Of a stretch of 34,945 nt of DNA, positions 1-8,443 are shown one piece after another. Location: positions 1-34,945 of the forward strand of contig CAZRJS010000007.1 of the NCBI GenBank assembly GCA_964600565.1, given 5' to 3'. This DNA is from Candidatus Woesearchaeota archaeon. GTDB lineage: Archaea > Nanobdellota > Nanobdellia > Pacearchaeales > GW2011-AR1. Positions within the stretch are counted from its first letter, which is position 1. Each line of letters begins with the position of its first letter. The notes under the pieces are model-generated. The model was not told the DNA's origin. It did no database searches and was given only the letters and a program-made list of their open reading frames with translations. The position numbers and the translations under genes were made by a program.

Positions 1-979
1 CAGAACAAATTTTTAAAATTCTTATGGGAATTTCTAATCCATTAAATATATCAACCGTTATCTCTTGTAATATTTTATAAAATTTTTCAGATTCTTTTGG
101 CAAACATATAACAATCATCTCGATTTTATTAAATTGGTGAGTTCTAAAAAGACCTTTTTCATCAATTCCATGCGAGCCGATTTCTTTTCTGAAACACATA
201 GAATAACTTGTTTGTTTTATTGGAAGTTCTTTCTCAGGAATTTCTTGTTTTGCATATCTGCCAATTAAAGAATGTTCAGAAGTTCCTATTAAAGCCATTT
301 TTGGTTTGTCCTCTGTAAGATAAATCTGCTCTTGTTTATCTTTAAGGTCTGTAACCTGATCAATAAGCTCTTCACGTAATAAAAGTGGAGTTTCAACATA
401 TTTAAAATTCTTTGAAGTCATTTTATCAATTCCATATCTAATTAAAGCCTGATTTAGCAGTGCTAAATCTCCTTCAAGGTAATAAAAACCTGTTCCAGAA
501 ACTTTTGCAGAAGAATCAAAATCAACAAGCTTTAATTTTTCTAAAATTTCTACATGGCTTTTAACAGGAAAATCAAATTTTCTTGTTTTTCCAGTGTATT
601 TTTCAGGGATATTTTCAGAATCATCTTTTCCAATAGGAACATTTTTAGAGATTATGTTGGGAATTTTTATTTGCAACTCTCTTATTTCTAATTCAAGTTT
701 ATTCCTCTTTTTTTTCTGCTGGATAATTTTTTCAGGAATAGTTTTTGCCTCTTTTATTATTTTAGAAATGTTCTCTTTTCTTTTTTTTGCAGAATTAATT
801 TTTTCAGAAATTTTATTTCTTTGAGCCCTTAATTTTTCTTCTTCAAATTTTGTTTTTTTCCATTGTTCATCAAGTTTTTTTAATTTATCAATTAAAGGAA
901 TTTTTTCATCTTGAAATTTTTTCTTTATATTATCTTTCACAAGTTCTGGATTTTCTCTTATTAATTTTATATTAATCAT
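1..979 (-). CDS. serS: Seryl-tRNA synthetase, N-terminal ~326 codons (gene runs off the window edge)
   Basis: Not in the ORF track because it is open at the window edge. ATG is the complement of 977-979. My translation starts MINIKLIRENPELVKDNIKKKF, has a long Lys/Glu coiled-coil arm, then GTSEHSLIGRY and CFRKEIGSHGIDEKGLFRTHQFNKIEM. That is the SerRS N-terminal arm plus class II motif 2. Confidence 0.9.
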   Translation of the reverse strand, partial: MINIKLIRENPELVKDNIKKKFQDEKIPLIDKLKKLDEQWKKTKFEEEKLRAQRNKISEKINSAKKRKENISKIIKEAKTIPEKIIQQKKKRNKLELEIRELQIKIPNIISKNVPIGKDDSENIPEKYTGKTRKFDFPVKSHVEILEKLKLVDFDSSAKVSGTGFYYLEGDLALLNQALIRYGIDKMTSKNFKYVETPLLLREELIDQVTDLKDKQEQIYLTEDKPKMALIGTSEHSLIGRYAKQEIPEKELPIKQTSYSMCFRKEIGSHGIDEKGLFRTHQFNKIEMIVICLPKESEKFYKILQEITVDIFNGLEIPIRILKICS

Positions 980-1178
980 TAGAGATTAAATGAAAAACTC
1001 TATTTAAATTTATTGAAATGTCAAATTTATTATTTTAAATAAAGAACTTTTTAAAATTTGTTCACGTCTTTTGTTTATTTAACATAAGAGTTGATAAGAT
1101 ATAAGAAAATATCGGAAATTTTATAGTCTAATTTTTTATTGAAATAAAGTTTAAAAACAAGAAATACTATATATTTTA

Positions 1179-1862
1179 ATGACAGGGGCATTAACAGGGT
1201 TTATTAAAACTATGTTAGATTATTATACATCATTAATGGGCATTTTTCCTGAAGGGATTAAACTTTTTATAAACTTTCTTTTTTTAGTAATTCTTGTTGT
1301 AATATATTCTATTTTTGTTTGGAATTTTTATAAATTTATTTCAAAGAAAAATCCTCTTGGATTAAATCTTAATCAATATAATACCTTTCAGCATTCTTTT
1401 ATTTCAAAGTTGGTAACAGGTATTTTTTATTTTGTCGAGTATATTTTAATATTACCTTTTTTAATATTTTTTATATTTGCAATATTCACTTTTTTTCTAA
1501 TAAGTCTTTCACAAACTAATGAGGTTCCACAGATATTAATTATTTCTGCAACAGTTATAGCTGCAATAAGAATTACTTCTTACTATAAAGAATCTCTTTC
1601 TCAAGAAATAGCTAAAATGCTTCCATTTATGTTGTTGGCTGTTTCAGTTCTTAATCCAGATTCATTTATTAAAGCACAATATATTGAAAAGGTTATAAAT
1701 TCTTTAAGTCAGATTCCTTTATTTTTAAACGAAATAAAATCTTATCTTATTTTTATTATAATTATTGAAATTATTTTAGTTTTTTTTAACTTTATTTTTT
1801 CTTTATTTAAAACTAAGCCGGATATTGAAGAAATAGGGGAAAATGAAAAAGATAAGAATTAA
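1179..1862 (+). CDS. Multi-pass membrane protein, unknown function
   Basis: 227-aa ORF with several long hydrophobic segments and an acidic C-terminal tail. No motif recognised. Confidence 0.5.
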   Translation: MTGALTGFIKTMLDYYTSLMGIFPEGIKLFINFLFLVILVVIYSIFVWNFYKFISKKNPLGLNLNQYNTFQHSFISKLVTGIFYFVEYILILPFLIFFIFAIFTFFLISLSQTNEVPQILIISATVIAAIRITSYYKESLSQEIAKMLPFMLLAVSVLNPDSFIKAQYIEKVINSLSQIPLFLNEIKSYLIFIIIIEIILVFFNFIFSLFKTKPDIEEIGENEKDKN

Positions 1863-1886
1863 GAGAAAACAAAAAAAATAAATTAA

Positions 1887-3608
1887 TTAATTCTTTTCTA
1901 CCTCAGGATGTTTGTATCCTCTTTCTTCTATTTCTTTTAACATTTTGATATGTTTATTTCTTTCTTCTTCATAATTATTTGTTTTAAGTTTAAATTTTTT
2001 TATCATATCAGAAACATATTCTCCTCCAAGAAAATGAGGGGTAAGAACATAACTTGCACCTTTTTGATATAAATCAAGAGCATCCTCAATCTGATGCGCT
2101 CTTGTAATTATTATTGCTTCAGAATTTAAAGCTCTTATATTTTTAACTAACAAAAGGTTTGTTTCATAATCTGGTATTGTGGAAACAGCCAATTTTATTT
2201 TGTCAAGGGGCAAATCCCTTAAAAGTTCAGGATCATCAATATCTCCATATACACACGGAATTCTTAATTTTGTTAAAGAGGAAATTGTATCTGGATTATA
2301 GTCAATTATTAAATACCTTTTCTTTATTTTTTTAAGTGACCTCAAAATACTAAAACCTATTCTATTATAACCAAATAAAATTGCATCATATTTGATGTTT
2401 ATTTTTTTATCTTTTTTGTGTTTTTTCTTTTCAAATATAGAAATAAATCCATACATTTTCCGATAAAAATCTTTTGAGTAAGTAATCAGATAAGTAGAGA
2501 AAACAATTGTTATTGCCAGGGTAAGAGTTAAGGTATTAAGTATTTCTGGTTTTATTTGTCCTAGTGCAATCCCAAGTCCAGCAATAATTAATGAGAACTC
2601 CGATATTTGAGATAAAGTTGTTCCAACAAGAAAGTTTGTTCTTTTTGTATAACCTGCTATAGCCATTAAAACCATTATTATTAATGGTTTAATTACCAAG
2701 GCAATTAAGGATAATATAAGCGCATTTATAATTATTGAATCAAGATTAGAGATATTTATCCCTAAACCAAGAATTATAAAGAATATTATTAAGAAAAAAT
2801 CTCTTAAAGGTCTTATTTTAGCGCTTATCTCTGTGCTGTATTTTGAAGTAGATAATATAACTCCTGCAACCAAGGCACCTATTTCAATTGAAAAACCAAG
2901 ATAATTAAATAATGCTGCTAGAACAAAACACCAACATATTGAAAATAAAAATAATAACTCTTGGGATCTAGCAATTTTTCTTGTTAAAGGAGGAAGTATA
3001 AAAAAGCCTATAAGGAATAAAAAAACCATTAAACTAGCCCCTCCAATTAATCCATGAATTGCAAAACCTGCTAGAGTTCCTTTTTCAGACATTGAAGATA
3101 TAAATAATAGGATAAGTATTGCAACAAGGTCTTGTATAATTAATATTCCAATAGAAATTTTTCCGTATAGAGAATCAAGTTGTCTTTTATCTGATAAAAG
3201 TTTCATTGTTATAATTGTGCTACTAAATGCAAGGGCAATTCCAATATATAAAGAACTTATTGTTCCAAAACCAAGAAGAGTGGAGGATATAAAAAAGGTA
3301 ATACCAAAAGTCAAAATAATTTGTCCTAAACCAATAAATAATGAAAAAAATCCGATTTCTTTTATTACCTTTGGATTAAGATGCAAACCTACAATAAAAA
3401 GCAAAAAGGTTATTCCTAATTTAGAAAAAAGATGAATAATTTCTGTATCTGCACTCATATTAATAAAACCAGAACTAATTATAAATGCAGTAATAATTCC
3501 AGCGATAATATAGCCTATAATAACTGGTTGATTAAATAATCTGATAATATACGAAATAATAAATGCCGTAGATAAAATAATTGCTAGTTGTAAAAAAATC
3601 TGTTCCAT
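1887..3608 (-). CDS. Kef-type (CPA2) cation:proton antiporter with C-terminal TrkA-N/RCK domain
   Basis: 573 aa. About 380 aa of polytopic membrane domain typical of Na+/H+ or K+/H+ exchangers, then a Rossmann-like ILFGYNRIGFSIL (GxGxxG-like) regulatory domain. Confidence 0.8.
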   Translation of the reverse strand: MEQIFLQLAIILSTAFIISYIIRLFNQPVIIGYIIAGIITAFIISSGFINMSADTEIIHLFSKLGITFLLFIVGLHLNPKVIKEIGFFSLFIGLGQIILTFGITFFISSTLLGFGTISSLYIGIALAFSSTIITMKLLSDKRQLDSLYGKISIGILIIQDLVAILILLFISSMSEKGTLAGFAIHGLIGGASLMVFLFLIGFFILPPLTRKIARSQELLFLFSICWCFVLAALFNYLGFSIEIGALVAGVILSTSKYSTEISAKIRPLRDFFLIIFFIILGLGINISNLDSIIINALILSLIALVIKPLIIMVLMAIAGYTKRTNFLVGTTLSQISEFSLIIAGLGIALGQIKPEILNTLTLTLAITIVFSTYLITYSKDFYRKMYGFISIFEKKKHKKDKKINIKYDAILFGYNRIGFSILRSLKKIKKRYLIIDYNPDTISSLTKLRIPCVYGDIDDPELLRDLPLDKIKLAVSTIPDYETNLLLVKNIRALNSEAIIITRAHQIEDALDLYQKGASYVLTPHFLGGEYVSDMIKKFKLKTNNYEEERNKHIKMLKEIEERGYKHPEVEKN

Positions 3609-3656
3609 ATAATATCACCTTTTTTAAAGAAAAATATTCTTAGTATAAAAATCTTA

Positions 3657-4007
3657 TTAATAATCTGGAAGTTCTTCTTTTTTTTCACTTTCCTGATTTT
3701 CACCAGGTTTTTCAACTTTAATATTATTTTCTTCAGAGGATTCAGCAAGAGTCTCTTGATTTTTTAATGTTTCTTCTTCTGTGTCTTCAGGTTGAGTCAT
3801 ATCTTCTTTAGATATAGAATCTATCATTTCCTTAAATTTTGGAAAATTTTCCACAGAAATTCTTGTCCCTGCTTTTGTGAATCCAGTATATCTTTCCCCT
3901 GTAACAAATTCCCTTATTGTTAAACCTCTTTTCCCTCCAAAGTCATCAATTCTTATGACTACTTCAGTATTATCATTTTTTTCTAATTTTCCAATTTCTT
4001 TTTCCAT
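3657..4007 (-). CDS. PC4/p15-like ssDNA-binding protein with acidic C-terminal tail
   Basis: N-terminal VVIRIDDFGGKRGLTIREFVTGERYTGFTKAGTRISVENFPKFKEMI resembles the PC4/YdbC fold signature. The C-terminal 45 aa are Glu-rich. Confidence 0.5.
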   Translation of the reverse strand: MEKEIGKLEKNDNTEVVIRIDDFGGKRGLTIREFVTGERYTGFTKAGTRISVENFPKFKEMIDSISKEDMTQPEDTEEETLKNQETLAESSEENNIKVEKPGENQESEKKEELPDY

Positions 4008-4047
4008 AAAATATAAAAGAAAAAGGGTTTTATAAATTTTATTGTTT

Positions 4048-4356
4048 TTAATCCTTTATTTCAATTTTAATACTGACATTTTTTGGAATTTGCATCCTCA
4101 TCATATTATGCAAAACTTTTTCATTTGCAGGAAAATCAATTAATCTTTTGTGCATTCTTATTTCATATCTATCAAAAGTTGCAGTTCCATCACCACAAGG
4201 AGATTTTCTTGTAGTTATTTTAAGTCTTTTTGTTGGCAGAGGCACTGGTCCGCTTATAACAATCCCTGCTTTTTTTACAATTTCTTTAATTTTTTCGCAA
4301 GTGTTATTAAGCATTTCAATATTAGTGCTATTCATTTTTATTCTTACTTTTGGCAT
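4048..4356 (-). CDS. rps10: 30S ribosomal protein uS10 (archaeal/eukaryotic S20e type)
   Basis: 102 aa. GPVPLPTKRLKITTRKSPCGDGTATFDRYEIRMHKRLIDF is the classic archaeal S10 core. Confidence 0.9.
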   Translation of the reverse strand: MPKVRIKMNSTNIEMLNNTCEKIKEIVKKAGIVISGPVPLPTKRLKITTRKSPCGDGTATFDRYEIRMHKRLIDFPANEKVLHNMMRMQIPKNVSIKIEIKD

Positions 4357-4523
4357 TTTATTTAATGTATTTGTTTAATATAATACTCGTAATAATTGCT
4401 TTAAAAAGTTTGTGTGTTTTAAAAAAAAAGAAAAAATATATTTTTTGTTTAATATGTTTGATTATAGAAGAATTTAAAAAGGTAATGTCTTATTAATATT
4501 AAAATAAAAAAGGAGGGTTAAAG

Positions 4524-4631
4524 ATGAGTGATGATTCATTTCCTGATGAAATAGCTAAGGATTTGCGAGAAACTCCAGAGAACTTGGAAGAAGGATTTTC
4601 ATTTGATCCTGAAGATTTTCTGGATGATTAA
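4524..4631 (+). CDS. Candidate 35-aa highly acidic micro-protein
   Basis: Below the ORF-track size cutoff. ATG at 4524 is preceded by GGAGG (4512-4516) with a 7-nt spacer. Translation: MSDDSFPDEIAKDLRETPENLEEGFSFDPEDFLDD, stop at 4629-4631. Confidence 0.35.
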   Translation: MSDDSFPDEIAKDLRETPENLEEGFSFDPEDFLDD

Positions 4632-4636
4632 TTTTT

Positions 4637-5569
4637 TCATTTATTTTCTAAACTTATTTTATTGTTTTTTTTATTTAATTCTTTTTCTTTTAAATCAATT
4701 AAAATTCCCAATTTTTTTAAGTTTCTTTTATTAACCAAGATGTTTTTTAAGATAATTGTCCTTTCATAACCTACCTCTAAAGTTTCAATATCAAAATCTT
4801 TTACAAATTCTTCATCTGCATAAATTGATAATTTTCCAGGTTTTGATTTTTTCAAACCATTATTTTTGATTGTTGTGTTTATATCAAGGTATCTTGAATG
4901 GATAAATGCTGTAGCATTTTTAATTGATAAATCTGGAAGACTTTCATAAGAATAAAGTTCATTTATTAAATCAGGGATATCTTTTCCGATATTTTGACTG
5001 CATTTAGTTATACTATACATTATGCTTTCTGAATTTTCTGAATGTTTAAAACCAAGAGCATGAAGTAGCTCGTGAATTGCAACATTAGGATTAGGGCATC
5101 TTGAGTTTTCTATTAAAAGAACTTTTCCTCTTATTATAACATTAAAGTTGTCTGTTTGAGTTATATTAACTGGTCCTCCTTCTCCTGCAATAAAAAGATC
5201 TCCTTCAATTTTCATCTTTTCATCACAGCTAATTTCTATTTCAGCATTGTTTTCAACTGGGTAAAAATTTAGTATAGTTTTTTCTTCTATTATCTCAAAA
5301 GCTTTTTTCATATCTTTTTGTTTTTTAAGAGTGCAATCTAAAATTTTATATGATATACTTGAATCAGGATATCTCATTTTTTCATAAAATTGCATATCTT
5401 TAAGTTCTGTATTATTAAGACTAAAATTATTATTTATTTCTCCAGTTTTAAATTCAAAGGTTCTAAATGGAATTAGCCAGTAGACTCCAAGTAAAAATAA
5501 AACTAAGAGAAAAAATAAAAAACTTAAAATAATCCTTAAAATTTTTCTTTTTTCTTCTTGTTCTTCCAT
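4637..5569 (-). CDS. Membrane-anchored metzincin-type zinc metalloprotease
   Basis: 310 aa with an N-terminal TM anchor (ILRIILSFLFFLLVLFLLGVYWLI). Full HEXXHXXGXXH signature (HELLHALGFKH) followed by a Met-turn candidate (SIMY). Confidence 0.7.
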   Translation of the reverse strand: MEEQEEKRKILRIILSFLFFLLVLFLLGVYWLIPFRTFEFKTGEINNNFSLNNTELKDMQFYEKMRYPDSSISYKILDCTLKKQKDMKKAFEIIEEKTILNFYPVENNAEIEISCDEKMKIEGDLFIAGEGGPVNITQTDNFNVIIRGKVLLIENSRCPNPNVAIHELLHALGFKHSENSESIMYSITKCSQNIGKDIPDLINELYSYESLPDLSIKNATAFIHSRYLDINTTIKNNGLKKSKPGKLSIYADEEFVKDFDIETLEVGYERTIILKNILVNKRNLKKLGILIDLKEKELNKKNNKISLENK

Positions 5570-5609
5570 AAAATTATTAGATTTTTGATTTAATAAATTC
5601 TTTTGTTGC

Positions 5610-5852
5610 TTAAATTTTCACAGGAAGAAAGCCATTTATTGAAGCTAAGTCTGATACAATATCTCTTGCTTTTCGAGCAGAATATTTTTGTTCTTTTATT
5701 AAATACATCATTTCTTCTTTATACCTATGCAATTCATTATTTTCATGAGATTTTTGGACTTTAGGAGATTCATAAATTAAATCCATAAGATTTGTTGAAA
5801 ACTGTTTTTCTTTTTCAGTCCTGAAAAAATTGTATTCTTCCCTCTTATTCAT
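5610..5852 (-). CDS. Hypothetical protein (80 aa)
   Basis: ORF only; no recognisable motif. Confidence 0.35.
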   Translation of the reverse strand: MNKREEYNFFRTEKEKQFSTNLMDLIYESPKVQKSHENNELHRYKEEMMYLIKEQKYSARKARDIVSDLASINGFLPVKI

Positions 5853-5954
5853 CTTTTAAAAAAATTAATCTCTTTTAAGGGATGTTATCCTTTTAAAGTT
5901 TATTATAACAAAGCAGTCATTTCATGGAAAAAATTACTAACATTATAAAAAAAG

Positions 5955-5989
5955 ATTAATAAAGAATTTCTTATTAATAAAAATTTCAA
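5955..5989 (+). repeat. 35-nt direct repeat, copy 1 (33/35 identical to 13767..13801)
   Basis: attaataaaGaatttcttattaataaaaattTcaa versus attaataaaAaatttcttattaataaaaattCcaa. Contains an imperfect palindrome, ttaataa..ttattaa. Weaker similarity continues ~100 nt to the right in both copies. Confidence 0.7.
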
Positions 5990-6126
5990 TGGGGCAATGA
6001 GATAAGATTCTTTTTTAAACACATAAAGAAATCTAAAAAGAGGGGTTTTTAGAAAAGATTATTAAAATAAAGGGAATTCAATAAAACTTTATAACAAATC
6101 ATTCATCTCCTGAAAAAAACACAATC

Positions 6127-6137
6127 TTTAAAAATAA
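6127..6137 (+). promoter_or_regulatory. TATA-like box for tRNA-Asp
   Basis: tttaaaaataa is centred ~26 nt upstream of tRNA position 1 (6158), the expected archaeal spacing. Confidence 0.4.
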
Positions 6138-6157
6138 TCTAATTTAATTCTAATTAT

Positions 6158-6229
6158 GCCTCGGTAGTATAATGGCCAGTACACAAGCCTGTCGCGCTTG
6201 AGACCCGGGTTCGATTCCCGGTCGAGGCG
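6158..6229 (+). tRNA. tRNA-Asp (anticodon GTC), 72 nt, no encoded CCA, no intron
   Basis: Hand-folded. Acceptor gcctcgg/tcgaggc (7 bp, terminal G-U). D-arm gtat-aatggcca-gtac. Anticodon arm caagc-ctGTCgc-gcttg. Variable loop agac. T-arm ccggg-ttcgatt-cccgg. Discriminator g, followed by tttt. Confidence 0.9.
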
Positions 6230-6322
6230 TTTTGAGCATGCTTGCCCGTGTATTCGGACAAATCATTTTAAGTAAAAGGGGAAAATAGAAAACCGAGAAA
6301 ATTAAATAAAAAAATTTTCTGT

Positions 6323-6448
6323 GCCCCGAAAATCTTCGATTTTCGTTGAAACCGCGAGGTTGTTTTCAGGTTCGATTCACTTCAATCTCGTTAGAGTTGA
6401 AGTTCCCAAAAATTTCTATAAAATTTTTTAGGACTGGTCGAGGCGTTT
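6323..6448 (+). ncRNA. Candidate tRNA-derived structured RNA, or degenerate interrupted copy of the tRNA-Asp 3' half
   Basis: GC-richer than surrounding spacers. Three hairpins: cgaaaat-cttcg-attttcg (6327-6345), aacc-GCGA-ggtt (6350-6361, GNRA loop) and acttcaatct-cgtt-aga(g)ttgaagt (6379-6403). A T-arm-like tcagg-ttcgatt-c sits at 6366-6378. The 3' end ctggtcgaggcgttt repeats the tRNA-Asp terminus. Confidence 0.3.
6436..6448 (+). repeat. 13-nt exact direct repeat of the tRNA-Asp 3' end (ggtcgaggcgttt; first copy 6220..6232)
   Basis: Identical 13-mer 216 nt downstream of the copy inside the tRNA. This resembles an att-type duplication. Confidence 0.75.
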
Positions 6449-6494
6449 ATTTATTTAGAAATTTATTAACTTTTTAAAAAATTAATTCTTATAC

Positions 6495-7349
6495 TTATTT
6501 ATTACTAAGATTTCTATTTGTTTTAAAAATTTTTTTCTTAGCTTTTTTATTTGATAAACATTCATATAATCGCATGAAATCTGGGTTTACAAGCTCAGTT
6601 CCTCTTCTTCCAGATAATTCTTTTGGTAGATTGAATAAATCTAATATTCTTTCCTTTCCTAAATAACAAATTTCTCCTCCAATAGAAAGGTAATTTATTA
6701 CACTGTTGGTTAAAGAATCTCCTAATGGTCTCTTCCTTTGTTCCCAGATACTCCTAAAGATATAATCTTCAAATCTTGCTGTTGATTTTTTTCGGGGTTT
6801 TATAGAAATTAATGCTCCATTTACAGAAGGTTCAGGATTAAAACTATTTGAGGGAATTTTCATAAGGTATTCTGTATCAAAAAATGCATTTGTAAGGATA
6901 GCTAATCTGCTAATGGGGGTTGTATCTGGAAGAATTCTTTCTTGATATGATTCAATATTATTAGCCTGTTTTTCTCCAACAAGGAGTGTAGCTGATTTAA
7001 ATCGTTCAGAATAAAGTCTATTAAATAAAGGTTCTGTAATATTAAAAGGGATATTTGATACTATTTTATCAATACCTTTTGGCCATTTTGAAGATAAAGC
7101 ATTTCCCATTACAATCTCTATATTTGAAAATTTATTTTTAATTTCCTGAAGATCATCTTTTAAATGGGAATCTTTTTCTATTACAGTAACTTTTTTTGCA
7201 AATTCAGCTAAATATTTTGTTAAAAAACCTTTTCCAGGACCAATTTCTAATATATGATCTTTAGATTCAACTTCTGCAAAAAAAACCATGTCTTTAGCTA
7301 TATCAGGATTAATTAAAAAATGTTGATTTTTATATATCTTATCTGGCAT
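6495..7349 (-). CDS. rRNA adenine dimethyltransferase family protein (KsgA/Dim1/Erm-like), paralog 1
   Basis: 284 aa. NQHFLINPDI, SAM motif ILEIGPGKGFLT, VTVIEKD, and catalytic IVSNIPFNITEPL (N-[LI]-P-[YF]). Confidence 0.75.
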   Translation of the reverse strand: MPDKIYKNQHFLINPDIAKDMVFFAEVESKDHILEIGPGKGFLTKYLAEFAKKVTVIEKDSHLKDDLQEIKNKFSNIEIVMGNALSSKWPKGIDKIVSNIPFNITEPLFNRLYSERFKSATLLVGEKQANNIESYQERILPDTTPISRLAILTNAFFDTEYLMKIPSNSFNPEPSVNGALISIKPRKKSTARFEDYIFRSIWEQRKRPLGDSLTNSVINYLSIGGEICYLGKERILDLFNLPKELSGRRGTELVNPDFMRLYECLSNKKAKKKIFKTNRNLSNK

Positions 7350-7432
7350 AAAAAAACAAATTTCCCCCCATTTATAAAAGTTACTATTTAATAATAATTA
7401 CATTTAAGTAATTAATTCTTCTTTTAGAAATG

Positions 7433-7444
7433 TTTTTATATAAA
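7433..7444 (+). promoter_or_regulatory. TATA-like box upstream of queD block
   Basis: tttttatataaa lies ~20-28 nt upstream of the queD ATG (7462). This suggests a leaderless or near-leaderless transcript. Confidence 0.3.
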
Positions 7445-7461
7445 TGTTAATTTGAAATTAT

Positions 7462-7806
7462 ATGATAGTGGCAAAAGAGTTTGTATTTGATTCTGCACAT
7501 AAATTAAAATGGCATAAGGGGAAGTGTAAAAATCTTCATGGTCATACATACAAATTACAAATTTTAGTTGAAGGTAAATTAAACAAACAGGGGATAGTTA
7601 TAGATTTTGGAGATATGAAAAAAATAATTAAGAGAGAAGTTATTGAAAAATTAGATCATAGATATCTAAATGAAATTATAAAAAATCCTACTGCAGAAAA
7701 CATATCTATATGGATTTGGGAAGAATTAAAAGATAAGATTAAAGATCTTAAAGAGATAAGATTGTGGGAAACTCCAACTTCATTTGCAATATATAATGGA
7801 AAATAA
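7462..7806 (+). CDS. queD: 6-carboxy-5,6,7,8-tetrahydropterin synthase (PTPS family)
   Basis: 114 aa. FDSAHKL...KCKNLHGHTYKL is the Cys-x3-HGH catalytic/zinc signature of QueD. Confidence 0.9.
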   Translation: MIVAKEFVFDSAHKLKWHKGKCKNLHGHTYKLQILVEGKLNKQGIVIDFGDMKKIIKREVIEKLDHRYLNEIIKNPTAENISIWIWEELKDKIKDLKEIRLWETPTSFAIYNGK

Positions 7807-8443
7807 AACTCTAAAAATAAATGAAATTTTCACAAGCATACAAGGAGAAGGAATTCAATCAGGATTGCCCACAATTTTTATTAGATTAACTGGATGCAAT
7901 CTTCGATGTAATTGGTGTGATACTAAATATGCTTATAATAAAGGGAGAGATAAAAATCTTATAAATATTTTAAAAGAGATTAAAAAATTTAAAATTAAAA
8001 ATATTTGTATTACCGGAGGAGAACCTTTACTTCAAAAAAATTTATTGTTATTCATTAGATTATTAATTGAAGAAAAATACAAGATTTTAATAGAAACAAA
8101 TGGCTCTTTGGATGTGTCTTTGATTCCAAAAGAGGTTTTAATTTCTTTAGATATAAAATGTCCTTCTTCAAATGAGAGCAAAAAAAATTTGTTATCAAAT
8201 TTAAAATTTTTAAAAAAGAAAGATCAATGCAAATTTGTAATAAATGATTATAAAGATTATTTATATGCAAAAAGGATAATAAAAAAATATAATCTTATTA
8301 AAAAAATAAATATTTTTTTTACCCCTGTTGGGGGAAAAAACGCTAGAAATTTAGTTGAATGGATTTTAAAAGATAAACTTAATATAAGAATCGGATTACA
8401 AATCCATAAGATAATTTGGGGCGATAAAAAAAGGGGTGTATGA
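7784..8443 (+). CDS. queE: 7-carboxy-7-deazaguanine synthase (radical SAM)
   Basis: EIFTSIQGEGIQSGLPTIFIRLTGCNLRCNWCDTKY is the QueE-type CX3CX2C cluster with a SIQGEG motif. The start may be Met5 (7796). It overlaps the queD stop. Confidence 0.9.
   Translation: MQYIMENKTLKINEIFTSIQGEGIQSGLPTIFIRLTGCNLRCNWCDTKYAYNKGRDKNLINILKEIKKFKIKNICITGGEPLLQKNLLLFIRLLIEEKYKILIETNGSLDVSLIPKEVLISLDIKCPSSNESKKNLLSNLKFLKKKDQCKFVINDYKDYLYAKRIIKKYNLIKKINIFFTPVGGKNARNLVEWILKDKLNIRIGLQIHKIIWGDKKRGV

Noticed and set aside
6323-6445. A second, intron-containing tRNA gene using gccccga (6323-6329) as 5' acceptor strand and tcgaggc (6438-6444) as 3' strand.
   Set aside because: The acceptor would have a C-A mismatch. 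No D-arm or 5-bp/7-nt anticodon arm can be drawn in 6330-6365. I could not draw a bulge-helix-bulge motif at the putative 6378/6379 and 6433/6434 junctions. It is kept only as a degenerate 3'-half copy.
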